The notes: generated by a model from the sequence alone, not told the origin. A stretch of 64,000 bases of DNA from an uncultured Acidobacteriota bacterium (GCA_963818355.1 CAWFSB010000029.1:23213-87212), one strand, 5' to 3'; numbered from the stretch's first letter, positions 44,436 to 55,763 are shown. Numbers and translations: made by a program.

Positions 44436-45912
44436 CTACTGGGTGAAGGCGTAGACCTTCCCGTCGAGGCCGGTGACGAACACGAGCCCGTCCCCCACGG
44501 CCGGCGAGCCGGGGAAACCGTACGAACCCGTCGCGGCCGGCTCCGCGGCGTAGTGCCACGCGGGACGTCCCGTCGCCCGGTCCATCGCCACGACCAGGCC
44601 CTTGTGACCGGCCAGGTAGTCCTTCTGGCTGGCCGTGCCCGCGTACACGCGTGCGTCCGTGACCGCCGGCTGGCCCCAGGCCCAGCCGTAGACGTCGGTC
44701 TTCCAGCGCCGCTCGCCGGTTCGGGCGTCGAACGCGTAGACGGCCGCGGCGTCCGACGAGCCGACGTAGACGACACCGTCGCGCACGGCGGCCGACGACT
44801 CGACCCAGGAGAACCAGACGTAGCGCGTCCAGAGAGGCTCGCCGCGTGCGCGCGTCGAGACCCAGCAGGTCGTAGCTGCGGTTGCCCGACGACGACGCGG
44901 TCACCCACGACGGCCGGCGTCGAGACGACCGCCCCCTGCGTGTCGCGCTTCCAGATCAGCTTCCCGGTGTCCGCCTCGAGGGCGTAGACGAAACCGTCGA
45001 AGGAGCCGAAGAAGACGCGGTCGCCTTCGACGGCGGGCGCGGCGAGGACGCTGTCGCCCGGAGGCGAACTCCCAGGCCTTCTCGCCTCGCGCCGGGTCGA
45101 TCGCCACCACGCGCCCGTCGTGCGTGCCGAGGTAGAGCCGCCCACCGGCCACCGTCACGTCCGACCCGAACCGGTCGTAGCGCGACTTCGGGTTGTCGAA
45201 CGGCAGCCGCTCGATCGGCTTCTCGACCACCCGGACCCGCCAGCGCACTTCCCCGCTCGCCGCGCGCGAGCTTGTAGAGGAAGCCGTCGTCGGCCTGGAA
45301 GTAGAGGTCCGCGCCGGCGACCGTCGGACGCGTCCGGATCGGCCCTCCCGCCTTGAAGGACCACCTCTTCCGCCCGCTGCGCGCGTCCACCGCGTGCAGC
45401 TGGCCGTCCTGCCCTCCCGCGTAGACCGTCCCGTCGGCGAACGTCGCCCCGGCCCACAGCGGCGAGCCGGCGTCGAACGTCCACACCGGCGCGGCGACGG
45501 GCGCCCCGATCTCCGGCCGCGGCGGCACGTCGAACCGCTCGACGCGCCGCAGCGTCAGCGGGATCTCGTAGAGCGGGACCAGGTCCTTGGGCGCGACGCC
45601 GCAGAGCGTCTTCGCGCCGCGGTCGTACTGGAAGACGAAGGGCCCCAGGCGCACCTCGTTTCCCTGGAACTGGCCGGGCACGCGGCCGATCGGGGCCCGA
45701 GCCAGGTGCGCGACCGGCACCGACATCCGGATGAGGACCTTGCCGTCCGTCCCGGGCTCGAGCTCGAGCGCAATGGGCTCGGTCTCGCCGGCGTGCGACA
45801 GCGTGCCCGCCCAGACGCCGGCGATCTCGGCGACCGTGACGGGGGGTTCCGTGGAATCGAAGGCGGCAGGAGCGGCCGCCAGCAACAGCGCCAACACCAG
45901 GCATCCGATCAT
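44436..45912 (-). pseudogene. PQQ-like beta-propeller repeat protein with signal peptide, disrupted by at least 3 frameshifts.
   Basis: Signal peptide MIGCLVLALLLAAAPAAFD. Repeats such as GTVYAGGQDGQLHAVDARSGRKRW, RLYLGTHDGRVVAIDPARGEKAWEF, RVFFGSFDGFVYALEADTGKLIWKR and GVVYVGSSDAAAVYAFDARTGERRWK are spread over four different reading frames (track ORFs 44956..45912, 44901..45248, 44045..45145, 44436..44786). Confidence 0.6.
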
Positions 45913-46013
45913 CTTCTTGGACCTCCGGGGGACGGGCGAGCCGGCGCACGCGATCCACGACCGTCTCGATGCGGTACGGAGAATCAGCCGACGGGGTTCC
46001 CGGCGCTGCGCAT

Positions 46014-46067
46014 CCTGTCATTCCGAGGGACTCCGGCTGGACGGGTCCCGAGGAATCCGCAGTCTCC
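46014..46067. repeat. Intergenic repeat element, single unit.
   Basis: CCTGTCATTCCGAGGGACTCCGGCTGGACGGGTCCCGAGGAATCCGCAGTCTC with an internal GGGAC...GTCCC hairpin. It lies between the PQQ pseudogene start and the VOC gene end. Confidence 0.55.
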
Positions 46068-46085
46068 GCGCCGGCGGACGACGGA

Positions 46086-46765
46086 CTACAGGCCGCTGGC
46101 GATCGTGATCGTGAAGCCGTCGGGATCGACGCACGGCGAAGTCGCGGCCGCCCCAGGGCTCGGCCGTCGGCTCCTCGGGAGCGTCCCGCCGGCCGCCTGG
46201 ATCCGCTCGGCGATCGCGTCGACGTCCTGCGACGTCCCGCAGTAGATGCGGAAGCCCTGGCCCTTCACGCGGTCGCGGCCCTTCTTCCAGTCGTCCTGGC
46301 CGAGCCAGAAGGTCACGCTGCCCGCGACCATCTCGACGCCGTGGAGCACGCCGTCCTGCTCCCACCGCTCCTTCAGCGTGAAGCCCAGCACGTCGCGGTA
46401 GAAGGCCAGGCTCTTCTGGATGTCGTTCACCGTGAAGCTCGGACCCGCCGAGCGCAGCCTCAGGCTCTCCGGCTGCTGTCGGGTCTTGAGCTCGGGCTGC
46501 GGCCGGCTTCGCGCACCGCAGCCTCTTCGCCGGTTCCCGCGGCCTTCTTGGCGCCTCTTCGGGGCCTTCTTCGCGGCCCGTGGGGCGGCCTTCTTGGCGG
46601 CCCTCTTCACGGCCTTCTTCACGGGCGGCTTCGCGGGCTCCGGGGCGGCCTTCTGCCGGCGAGCCTGGCCGACTCGGCGGCGGCCCTCTTCGCGGCCTTC
46701 CGGGCCTCCTTCTTCGCCTTCTTCGCCGCCTTCTTGTCCTTCTTGCTCTTCTTCTTTCCCGCCAT
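46086..46765 (-). pseudogene. VOC (glyoxalase/bleomycin-resistance fold) domain protein carrying a Lys/Ala-rich histone-H1-like N-terminal tail; at least 2 frameshifts.
   Basis: ATG 46765 gives MAGKKKSKKDKKAAKKAKKEARKAAKRAA... Another frame gives ...AKPPVKKAVKRAAKKAAPRAAKKAPKRR... The VOC domain reads SAGPSFTVNDIQKSLAFYRDVLGFTLKERWEQDGVLHGVEMVAGSVTFWLGQDD...GFRIYCGTSQDVDAIAERIQAAGGTLPEEPTAEPWGGRDFAVVDPDGFTITIASGL* and is spread over three frames. Confidence 0.5.
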
Positions 46766-46855
46766 GGTCGCTCACCCCGTTTCCGGCCTCGCGGGCCGCC
46801 GCTGCCGGCTCACTCTACTACGACGCCGCAACCGCGTGCGCCCATGGTCCCAGCC

Positions 46856-47699
46856 TCAGGGCCGCGCCAGGCGGTAGCTCACGAACGCCAGGCTCGTGCC
46901 GTCGGGCGACCACGACGGCACGTTGATCGTGCCCTGGCCGCCGAAGAGCCTGGCCAGCACCTGGATGGCGCCTCCCTCGGCCGGCATCATGCGGATCATC
47001 ACGTCCTGGTTCGGCGGGTGACCCTTGACGCCCTTCTCGTACGAGAGGAAGGCCACCCACGTCCCGTCCGGCGACGGGTGCGGGAACCAGTCGTTGTGCC
47101 CGTCGGACGTCAGCTGCTGCGCCTCGCTGCCGTCCGTCCTCACCCGCCAGATCTGCATCGTCCCCGTCCGCTCGGAGTTGAAGTAGATCCACTGGCCGTC
47201 GGCGCGAGTAGTCGGGGCCGTCGTCGAGTCCCGGGGCCGTGGTGAGCCGCGTCTCTTCCCCGCCCTCGACCGGGATCGTGTAGACGTCGTACTCGCCGCC
47301 CCGCTCGGCGCAGTAGGCGAGCGTCTTGCCGTCCGGCGACCAGCCGTGCCAGTAGGAGGGCCCGAGCGGCGTCACGCGGCGCGGGGTGCCGCCGGCGGCC
47401 GGCAGCACGTAGATGAGCGAGCGGCCGTCCTCCTGCGACTGGTCGGAGATCGCGAGCAGCGTCCCGTCCGGCGACAGCCCGTGGTCGTTGTTGCAGCGCG
47501 TGGCGAAGCCGGTGTCGATCTTCCGTGGCGTGCCGCCCGAGACCGGCAGCGCGTAGAGGAGCCCGCCGCGGTTGAAGACGAGCTCCTTCCCGTCGCGCGA
47601 CCAGTTCGGGGCCTCGATGTGGTCGCGGACGTGGTGGACCACCCGGCGCTCCTTCGAGTCGATCGCGACCGTCTCCAGCGTGCTCTCGAGCAAGGGCAC
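46856..47699 (-). pseudogene. TolB-like WD40/PD40 beta-propeller protein, at least one frameshift (near 47200-47240).
   Basis: [55 protein letters not shown] then a shift. The protein continues as ...[40 protein letters not shown]...[19 protein letters not shown] (track ORF 46856..47158). Confidence 0.55.
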
Positions 47700-48795
47700 T
47701 CTCCCCCGTTGGACGGGCCGGATCTTCCCACGGTTCGGGCCCGCCTACTTCGCGACGCGCACCTCGAACGAGCGGGCGTCGGGCTCGGCGAAGCGCAGGA
47801 GCGACTCGCCCTCCGCGATCACTTCCGTGCGGGTGCGCGCCGTGAAGGCCGCGAACGGCTCGACGCGTCAGGATGGCGACGTCCTTCTTCCGGTCCGTCT
47901 TCCAGGTGCCGGCCACGAAGCCGTCCACGAGGACGGTCGCGGCGATGCGCAGCCCGGGCAGGAAGACCTTCGGCCGGTGGCTCTTCGCGACGAACCGCTC
48001 GTCCTGTCGGGTGGTGATCAGGTTGTCGTAGTCGGCGATGAGGCGCACCGGCGCGGGCACGTCGGCGCCCGGCCGGGGCGCGTCGGGCAGGTCGAACAGC
48101 TCGCGCCCGGCCTCGTCGCGGAACGCGACGAGCCGCGGGCGCAGCGCCTCGAGCGTGTCGCGCAGCTTCGGCAGCCCCGACCACGCCTGCACGTCCGCGA
48201 CGCTCGCCGGGCCGTACGCCGCCAGGTAGCGCAGGACGAGGGCGTCGGGGGCGCGGGCGTGTCCGTCGGGATGGGCGCTGCAGCCACTCCTCCGCGAGCG
48301 CGAACCGCGAGTTCACCGGGAAGGCCCACGCCGCCTCCTTCCCCACGGGCACCTGGACGAGCGGCATCAGCATCCGCACCGCGAAACCCAGCGCCCGGTC
48401 GTTCGGCCCGGGGTTCGCCGCTTCAGCCGGTCGCGCACCTCCTCGAACGTCAGTGGGCCCTCGGCCAGGATCGCGCGCGCTTCCCGCGTCACCCGCTCCG
48501 GGTCCACCCGGGCCCCGATCGCCCTCACGATCGCCCTCATGCCCGCGTCGAGCACGGGCTGCAGCGGCGGGACGCAGCGCCACGAAGTCCCTCGCGCTCG
48601 CCACGTGGAGCGTCCCGCGCAGGAACGTGGCGCGCACCGCCTTGCGTCCACGAGGAGCTTCGTGAGCGCCTCCCGGCGGAACCCCTCGACGCGCGCCCAC
48701 AGGCCGACGAACGGGGGCCGCGGGTACTGCGCCTGCAGGCCGACGAGCCTCTCGATCGCGGCGAGCGGCCTCACGTCCTCGCGACGGAGCAGCAT
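47140..48795 (-). pseudogene. Winged-helix DNA-binding / YcaQ-like (putative interstrand-crosslink DNA glycosylase family) protein, at least 3 frameshifts.
   Basis: The N-terminus MLLRREDVRPLAAIERLVGLQAQYPRPPFVGLWARVEGFRREAL is in track ORF 48367..48795. The middle, RATFLRGTLHVASARDFVAL...MPLVQVPVGKEAAWAFPVN, is in ORF 47819..48982. The C-terminus, LIADYDNLITTRQDERFVAKSHRPKVFLPGLRIAATVLVDGFVAGTWK, is in ORF 47140..48192. Confidence 0.5.
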
Positions 48796-48881
48796 CTGTC
48801 GCGCGAGCGTCGCGCGGTTGAGCTGCCGCAGCGTCAGGGGCTGGCGATGCGTCGATTGCCCCCTTCCTCGCCAACCGGAGC

Positions 48882-49523
48882 CTACTTCTTCGGGAAGCCG
48901 ACGGACTGCGCGAAGACGATGAGCTGGCTGTCGCGGAGCTTGAGCGCCTTGGCGAGCGCCGGGCGATCGAGGACGCCCGCACGCCGGTGGCCAGCCCCTC
49001 GGAGGCGCAGAACAGGTAGACGTTCTCGCTGATGAACGCGGCGTCGGCCTAGGCGTACGCCTGGGTGTCCGGCCCGCCCTTCATCCGGCTCGTGTCGGCC
49101 ACGAGGACGAGCGTCACCGGCGCGTCCTTGACGAAGTCCTGCGTCCCGGTGAGCGCGCGCAGATCGCCCGCCACGAGCGGCTGCAGCGCGTTGGCCGCGG
49201 CGTCGTAGAGGTACGCGCCGGTCGCGTCAGCACGACGACGTCGATCTCCTGCCAGTTGCGCGTCGAGGGCGCGGTGCGCTTGCCCGTCCTGCGGCGGTTG
49301 ATGCCCCAGGCCGCCCACAGCAGGTTGGCGAGCGTCTGCGCCGGCAACGGGTCGGGCGCGAACGCGCGGCCGTCGCGCGCAGCCTGAGCGCCTGCATGAG
49401 CGGCTTGCCGCCGTCCGTCTGCGGCGCCGGCAGCGACACCAGCGACAGCTCCTGGGCGGGGCCGCCCCGAGCGGCCAGGACGCTCCCCAGGAGAACGACG
49501 ATCGTCGCGAATCGGTGCTGCAT
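48882..49523 (-). pseudogene. Secreted nitroreductase-family (SagB-type dehydrogenase-like) protein with at least 3 frameshifts and an in-frame TAG.
   Basis: Signal peptide [25 protein letters not shown]. Motifs [28 protein letters not shown] and [22 protein letters not shown] lie in different frames. The amber codon at 49049-49051 (minus strand) interrupts ...[34 protein letters not shown]. The C-terminus is LIVFAQSVGFPKK*. Confidence 0.55.
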
Positions 49524-49786
49524 CGGTCCTCCTCGGCGCGCCGCGTCGGCGCCACGCGGCGGCGGGAGTCTATCGCCGTACGGCGTCGAGGCGACGCGCG
49601 AACCGACTCGAGTGGGACACGCGCGTCTCGGGGCCCATCCTCGACCGCTGCGGTCGTGTTCACGGGCACCACGCCTCGGCTGCCGTCCGGGACCTCTGCC
49701 CGCGAAGACGCGTCACGGTCGCGGTCCCTTGACCGGTCCCCCGCCGCGGCATAGCGTGACGATTCACTCGTACGAGAGGACTCGCC

Positions 49787-50389
49787 ATGAAGAGACTCGT
49801 GCTGCACCTGGATGCTGTCGCTGCTCACCCTCGCCGCGCTCTCCCCGCGCCCGTCGCGCAGGAGAAGGAGAAGCAGCCGCCCGCCCTGGACCGCGCGGCC
49901 CTGATCGCCGCCGCGCGCGAGATCATGACGGCGCAGACCTACTGCGCCCTCATCACGATCGACGAGACCGGCCGCCCGCAGGTGCGGACGATGAACCCCT
50001 TCCCGCCCGACGAGGACATGACCGTCTGGTTCGCGACCAACACCCGCAGCCTGAAGGTCCAGCAGATGCGCAAGGACCCGCGCGTCACGCTCTACTACGC
50101 CGACCACGCCAAGGCGACCGGCTACGTCGCGCTCGCGGGGAGGGCGGAGCTGACCGAGGACATGGCCGAGATCCTGAAGCGCAAGCGCGCCTACTGGGAC
50201 CAGGCGTTCCCCGGCTTGAAGAACCTCGTCCTGATCAAGGTCGTGCCCGAGCGGCTCGACGTCCTCGACTACAAGGCCGGCACGCAGGCCCGACGCCGAG
50301 ACCTGGCGGCCCCCCTCGGTCGAGTTCGGCCCGGCCCCGAAGAAGGACTGACCGCGGACCTCAGCGGCCGGCGGTACTCGTCCTTGTAG
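49787..50389 (+). CDS. Pyridoxamine 5'-phosphate oxidase-like FMN-binding (general stress protein 26-type) protein; N- and C-terminal ends uncertain.
   Basis: The core [53 protein letters not shown]...[31 protein letters not shown] is PNPOx-like. The C-terminal tail overlaps the convergent amidohydrolase and looks out of frame. Confidence 0.55.
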   Translation: MKRLVLHLDAVAAHPRRALPAPVAQEKEKQPPALDRAALIAAAREIMTAQTYCALITIDETGRPQVRTMNPFPPDEDMTVWFATNTRSLKVQQMRKDPRVTLYYADHAKATGYVALAGRAELTEDMAEILKRKRAYWDQAFPGLKNLVLIKVVPERLDVLDYKAGTQARRRDLAAPLGRVRPGPEEGLTADLSGRRYSSL

Positions 50390-51715
50390 ACGACGCCGCC
50401 CTTCATCACGAACCTCACGTGCTCCAGGACGGTGACGTCCCGGGTGGGATCGCCGTCCACGGCGATCATGTCCGCCCACCGGCCCGGCTCCAGCGAGCCG
50501 ACGCGGTCCGCCCACCCCAGCAGGTCGGCGGCGTTGAGGGTGGCCGTCTGGATCGCCGCCAGCGGCGTCATGCCCAGCTTCACGTAGACGTGGAACTCGC
50601 CCGCGTTCAGCCCGTGGGGATACACCGCCGCGTCCGTGCCGAAGGCCACCTTCACGCCGGCGGCGAACGCCTTCCCGATGTTCCGCTTCATGGCCGCGGA
50701 GACGTCGCGCATCTTCTGCTTCGAGTACTCGGGGACGTCGCTCGTGCTCCAGGTGCTCGTCCATGTACTCGCCGAGGAAGAGCGTCGGCACGAGGTACGT
50801 CCCGTTCCTCTTCAGGGTGGCGATCGCCGCGTCGTCCATCAGGTGCCCGTGCTCGATCGAGTCCACACCCGCGTCCGAGGCCCAGCGCACGCCCTCGGCG
50901 CCGTGCGCGTGCGCGGCCACCTTCCGGCCGAGCCGGTGGGCGTCCGCCACGATCGCCTTCATCTCCTCGAGCGTGTACTGCGACGCGTTCGGGTCGTCTC
51001 CCTTCGAGAGCACCCCGCCGGTCGCGCAGACCTTGATCACGTCCGCGCCGTACTTGATGACCTCGCGGACCTTGTGCTGCACTCCCTCGACGCCGTCCGC
51101 CACGCCGTCTCCCTGGAAGCGAAACGCCGGCGGCAGCAGGTTCTCGTCGCAGTGCCCGCCCGTGATGCCGAGCGCCGGCCCCGACGCGACGACGCGGGGG
51201 CCGACGACGTCGCCGTCGTCGATGGCGTCGCGCAGGGCGACGTCCGCGTAGTCGCGGGCGCCCAGGTTGCGCACGGTCGTGAACCCGGCCTCGAGCGTCC
51301 GCCGGGCGTTCCGCGCGCCGTGCAGCGCCTCGCGCGCCGTCGAGATCCCCAGCCCCGGGTACCCGAGCGAGCTCAGGTCGAAGGTCAGGTGCGTGTGCAT
51401 GTCGATCAGGCCGGGAAGCAGCGTGGCCTCCGGCAGGTCGATCGTCGTGTCGCCCGCGGCGGCCTCGACGTCGCCGGAGGCGGCGACCCGGGCGATCCTG
51501 TCGCCTTCGACGACGACGGCCTGGCCGGTGCGCAGCTCGCCCGTGCGCACGTCGAGCACGCGCCCGGGGCGGATCACCGTCCTCTTCGGCGCCGGCGCGG
51601 CGGCGACGCGGTCACGGTTCCGGCCAGCATCGCCAGGACCGCCGCGGCGACGTCCCCTCGGCGTCCCCTTCGGCGCACGGATCCGGCCGGCGGCGAGGGT
51701 GGGCCCAACACCCAT
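50269..51715 (-). pseudogene. Metal-dependent amidohydrolase-superfamily protein with signal peptide, at least 2 frameshifts.
   Basis: A likely signal peptide [19 protein letters not shown] (frame of ORF 51574..51795) is followed by [13 protein letters not shown]...GHCDEN...HAHGAEG...(ORF 49049..51715). A shift near 50760-50790 follows. Then ...[35 protein letters not shown]...[13 protein letters not shown] (ORF 50269..50712). Confidence 0.55.
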
Positions 51716-51816
51716 GTCGGCACCTCACTCTGTCTGAATGGGCTATTGGGGACCGGGGAGTATAGCAGGCCGGAGTACGCCGAAAGACCCGGCACCCGCG
51801 GTCTGAGCCCGCTACG

Positions 51817-52257
51817 TCAGCGAGACGCGAAGACGAGCGTGACCTCGCCCGCGGAGGGTCCGAGCCGCAGCTCGTCGCCCTGGACCGTGTAGCTCGTCGC
51901 CGCCTGAAGTGACGCCAGGTACAGCGTCTCCTGCTCCATCACGCCGTCCCGTCCGCACGCCATCATCGTCGAGCCGAGCGGGCCGACAGACAGGCGTCCC
52001 GCCTCGACCCGCGCGCGGCCGAAGTAGTTGTTGCACCCGGCGCTTCCGCTCACGGCGTCTTCGCTCGAGAACGCAGCCGTGAGCTTCGTCCCTTCGAGGA
52101 CCGACTTTCCGCCCAGGGTCGTGAGGCTCCAGCTGGGCCCGACGAGCGACACGGCGGCCGCGCTCGGCGCCGTCGGCGTCATTCCGTCTCCGGACGAACA
52201 ACCCACGAGACCCACCACCGTCATCAGGACGCCCGCTCGCCACTTCCAGCTCGCCAT
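51817..52257 (-). CDS. META/HslJ-domain (DUF306) lipoprotein.
   Basis: Lipoprotein signal MASWKWRAGVLMTVVGLVGCSS. GCNNYFGRARVEAGRLSVGPLGSTMMAC is the META domain. RBS GAGAGGGTGGGAA. It is intact. Confidence 0.75.
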   Translation of the reverse strand: MASWKWRAGVLMTVVGLVGCSSGDGMTPTAPSAAAVSLVGPSWSLTTLGGKSVLEGTKLTAAFSSEDAVSGSAGCNNYFGRARVEAGRLSVGPLGSTMMACGRDGVMEQETLYLASLQAATSYTVQGDELRLGPSAGEVTLVFASR

Positions 52258-52413
52258 CGTTCCCACCCTCTCGAAGCAGAAAAACAGCCCGGCCCTCCAC
52301 TGTGGTCGACGCGGGCGCGGGTGTCCAGCAGAACACCTGCAAAAGGATGTTGTCGTTGCCCGCCGCGGCGGGCCGCCCAGCTCAGGTTCAGGCGGAGTAG
52401 AATCCTCCCTCCC

Positions 52414-52839
52414 ATGACCTGCGCCGCCCAACTCGCCCCCCGGATCCTCACCGCCGTCCGCCGGCCAGGGGCGCGGCCGCTGGTCCTCTCGGGACGCACC
52501 GGAACCGGGAAAACGAGCCTTCTCCGACGCGTCGCACGCGAGGCGGCGCCCGGGGCCGTCTGGTGCTCGGCGTTCGAATTCTCCACACAGATGGCCGACG
52601 CCATCCGCGAGGGTCGGTACCAGAGCTACCGCTCGGCACTGAGCGCGGATGATCGCCCTCTGTACGTCGAGCACATCGAAGACCTGCGTGGGAAGCCGCG
52701 CACCCGCGTGGAGCTTCGTTCCTTGCTGCAGGCTGCGACCCGTCGTCGCCCCGTCCTTCTGACGCTCACGCGCTCGCGAGGCGACCGCGACGTGCTCCGG
52801 TGGCTGCGCGGCTGGGTCGAGCTTCTCCCCCTGGACTGA
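52414..52839 (+). CDS. Truncated DnaA/Hda-like AAA+ domain protein (141 aa) with degenerate catalytic motifs.
   Basis: Walker A is LSGRTGTGKTSLL. The Walker B equivalent is PLYVEHIEDL (DD replaced by EH). GKPRTRVEL matches the DnaA box VII region. The sensor-I equivalent is LLTLTR (SDR replaced by LTR). There is no DnaA N-terminal or C-terminal DNA-binding domain. Confidence 0.5.
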   Translation: MTCAAQLAPRILTAVRRPGARPLVLSGRTGTGKTSLLRRVAREAAPGAVWCSAFEFSTQMADAIREGRYQSYRSALSADDRPLYVEHIEDLRGKPRTRVELRSLLQAATRRRPVLLTLTRSRGDRDVLRWLRGWVELLPLD

Positions 52840-52929
52840 CCGGGCCCGAGCGCCACAGGGCGCGCCGAGGGCGAGGAGTCGGCATCGCAGGCCCCCGCGA
52901 CTATGATGCCGGTAGCCCGGAGGTGAACC

Positions 52930-55726
52930 GTGCGACGGCCAGCGAGACTTCTCTTCACAGCTTTGCTTCTCACGGCTCCGGCCGGCGTCTCCGCCCAGAC
53001 GACCGAGCGGCAGTACCTCTCGGGCACCGACAAGGACCACACCGTCCCCTGGGACTTCCGGGTGACCGGCGGCCGCCGGGCCGGCGCCTGGAGCACGATC
53101 CCCGTCCCCTCCAACTGGGAGCTCCAGGGCTTCGGCACCTACAAGTACGGCGGTCCCGCGCCTCGCCCCGACGAGCAGGGCCGCTACCGGCACCGCTTCG
53201 ACGTCCCGCGCGCCTGGCGCGGCAAGCGCGTCGACCTCGTCTTCGAAGGGCTCGATGACCGACACCGAGGCCTGGATCGACGGCAAGTCCGTGGGCCCGA
53301 AGCACCAGGGCGCCTTCTACGAGTTCCGCTACGACGTCACGGCGCTCCTCCGCTTCGGCGCGCGCCAGCAGCTCGAGGTGCTCGTCAGCAAGGAGTCGTC
53401 GAACGAGTCCGTCAACGAGGCCGAGCGCCACTCCGACTTCTGGATCTTCGGCGGCCTCTACCGGCCCGTGTACCTCGAGGCCCGCCCGCCCGAGTCCATC
53501 GAGCGCGTGGCGATCGACGCCCGGCACGACGGCGCCTTCCGCATGGACGTCCACCTGGATCACCTCGTCGGCCCCGGGCGTCGTCACCGCGCGGATCGAG
53601 ACGACGGACGGCACAGCCCGTCGGCGCGCCCTTCTCCGCCCCGGTCGCCGCCGGCGCGGACCGCGTGACGCTCGAGACGCGCGTCGACCGGCCCGCGGCC
53701 TGGACCGCCGAGTCCCCGAGCCTCTACCGCGTCGCCGTCTCTCTCGAGCGCGGCGGCAAGGCCCTTCACACCACCACCGAGCGCTTCGGCTTCCGCACCG
53801 TGGAGCTGCGCCCCCGCGACGGCCTCTACGTGAACGGCGTCAAGGTGCGGCTCAAGGGCGTCAACCGCCACAGCTTCTGGCCCGACTCCGGCCGAACGAC
53901 GAGCCGCGCGGTGAGCGAGATGGACGTGAAGCTCATCAAGGACATGAACATGAACGCCGTGCGCATGTCCCACTACCCGCCCGACCGGCACTTCCTCGAG
54001 GTGTGCGACGAGCTCGGCCTCTTCGTCCTCGACGAGCTGACCGGCTGGCAGCACCGCTACGACACCGAGGTCGGCCGGAAGCTCGTGCGCGAGCTGGTCG
54101 TGCGCGACGTCAACCACCCCTCGGTGATCTTCTGGGACAACGGCAACGAGGGCGGCTTCAACTACGACCTCGTGGACGACTTCCACGTGCTACGACCCGC
54201 AGAAGCGCCCCGTCATCCACCCGTGGCAGAACGAGGCCGGCAAGATCAACACCACGCACTACCGCGGCTACGACTGCTGCGCCGGGAAGTACCTCGACGG
54301 GCCGGAGCTCGTCATGCCGACGGAGGTCCTGCACGGCCTCTACGACGGCGGCCACGGCGCGGGGCTCGCGCGACCTGTGGAGCCGGATGCTCCAGAGCCC
54401 GCTCGCGGTCGGCGCGTTCCTCTGGGTCCTCGCCGACGAGGGCGTCGTCCGCACCGACCGGGACGGCGCTCTCGACACCGACGGCAACCACGCCCCGGAC
54501 GGCATCGTGGGACCGTACCGCGAGAAGGAGGCGAGCTTCTTCACGATCAAGGACGTGTGGTCGCCGGTCTTCCTCGAGCTCGGCCGCCTCGACCGCCTGC
54601 CGCCCACGTTCGACGGGCGGCTCCGCGTCGAGAACCGGTACGACTTCACCGAGCCTCGACCCAGGTGTCCTTCGAGTGGCGCCTGGTGCGCTTCGCCGGG
54701 CCCGACTCCGCCGACCGCGGGCCACGCCGACGTCGCGCAGGGCACGACGCCCGCGCCGCACCTCGCCCCCGGCGACCGTGGCACCCTCGCGCTCGCCCTC
54801 CCGGGCGACTGGCGCGACTCCGACGCGCTCTACCTGACGGCGAGAGACCCGCAGGGCCGCGACATCCACACCTGGACGTGGATGACGAAGGGCCCCGACG
54901 AAATCCGGAAGCGCGTGGTCTCGTCAGGCGGGCGGGCGAGCGGGACGGAGAGCGGCGGCCAGGTCCTGTTGGAAGCGGGCGCCACCCGCGTGAGCGATCG
55001 ACCGCGCCACGGGCCAGCTCGCCTCGGTCGAGCGAGACGGCCGGCACGTCTCGCTCGCGAACGGGCCCCGCATCGTCGAGGGCTCCGCCCGGCTCACGGC
55101 GCCTCACTCACGGTCCCGACGGCGACGGCTACGTCGTGGAGGCGACCTACGAGGGCCAGCTGAAGCAGGTCCGCTGGCGCATGGACGGCAGCGGCTGGCT
55201 CGAGCTCTCCTACCGCTACGAGAACCCGGGCCGACACGCGCACCTCGGCGTCACCTTCGACTACCCGGAGGCCCAGGTCACGGGCCTGAGGTGGCTCGGC
55301 CGCGGCCCCTACCGCGTCTGGAAGAACCGGATGCAGGGGAACGCCTTCGACGTCTGGCAGAAGGCCTACAACGACACCGCCACCGGCGCGGACTGGACCT
55401 ACCCGGAGTTCAAGGGCCACCACGCCGACTTCTACTGGGCGGTGCTCCAGACGAAGGAGCTGCCGATCACGGTCGTCACCGACACCGAGGACCTCTTCCT
55501 GCGCGTCCTCACCCCCCGCTACGGCGTGAACCCCACGTTCACGGCGGTCAAGTTCCCGGAAGGCGACCTCTCCTTCCTGCACGCGATCGCGCCCATCGGC
55601 ACGAAGTTCGCCGGCCCGGAGACGATGGGCCCCGAGGGCCAGCCGAACGAATCCGTCGGCGACAACCCCCTGCAGAACATGGGCGCCTACACGGCCCGCC
55701 TCTTCTTCCGCTTCGGCGAGCGGTAG
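52930..55726 (+). pseudogene. Secreted glycoside hydrolase family 2 (beta-galactosidase/beta-mannosidase-like), at least 8 frameshifts.
   Basis: Signal peptide MRRPARLLFTALLLTAPAGVSAQ. The GH2 sugar-binding, Ig-like and TIM-barrel regions (RLKGVNRHSFWPDSGRTTS...NAVRMSHYPPDRHFLEVCDELGLFVLDE...WDNGNEGG) and a C-terminal domain (DGDGYVVEATYEGQLKQVRWRMDGSGWLELSYRYEN...) are recoverable. They are spread over three frames with repeated switches (53255, about 53600, about 54195, about 54370, about 54660, about 54720, about 55000-55110). Confidence 0.55.
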
Positions 55727-55763
55727 TAGCCCTGTGTCACCCCGAGGAGCTCCATCCTTCAGC

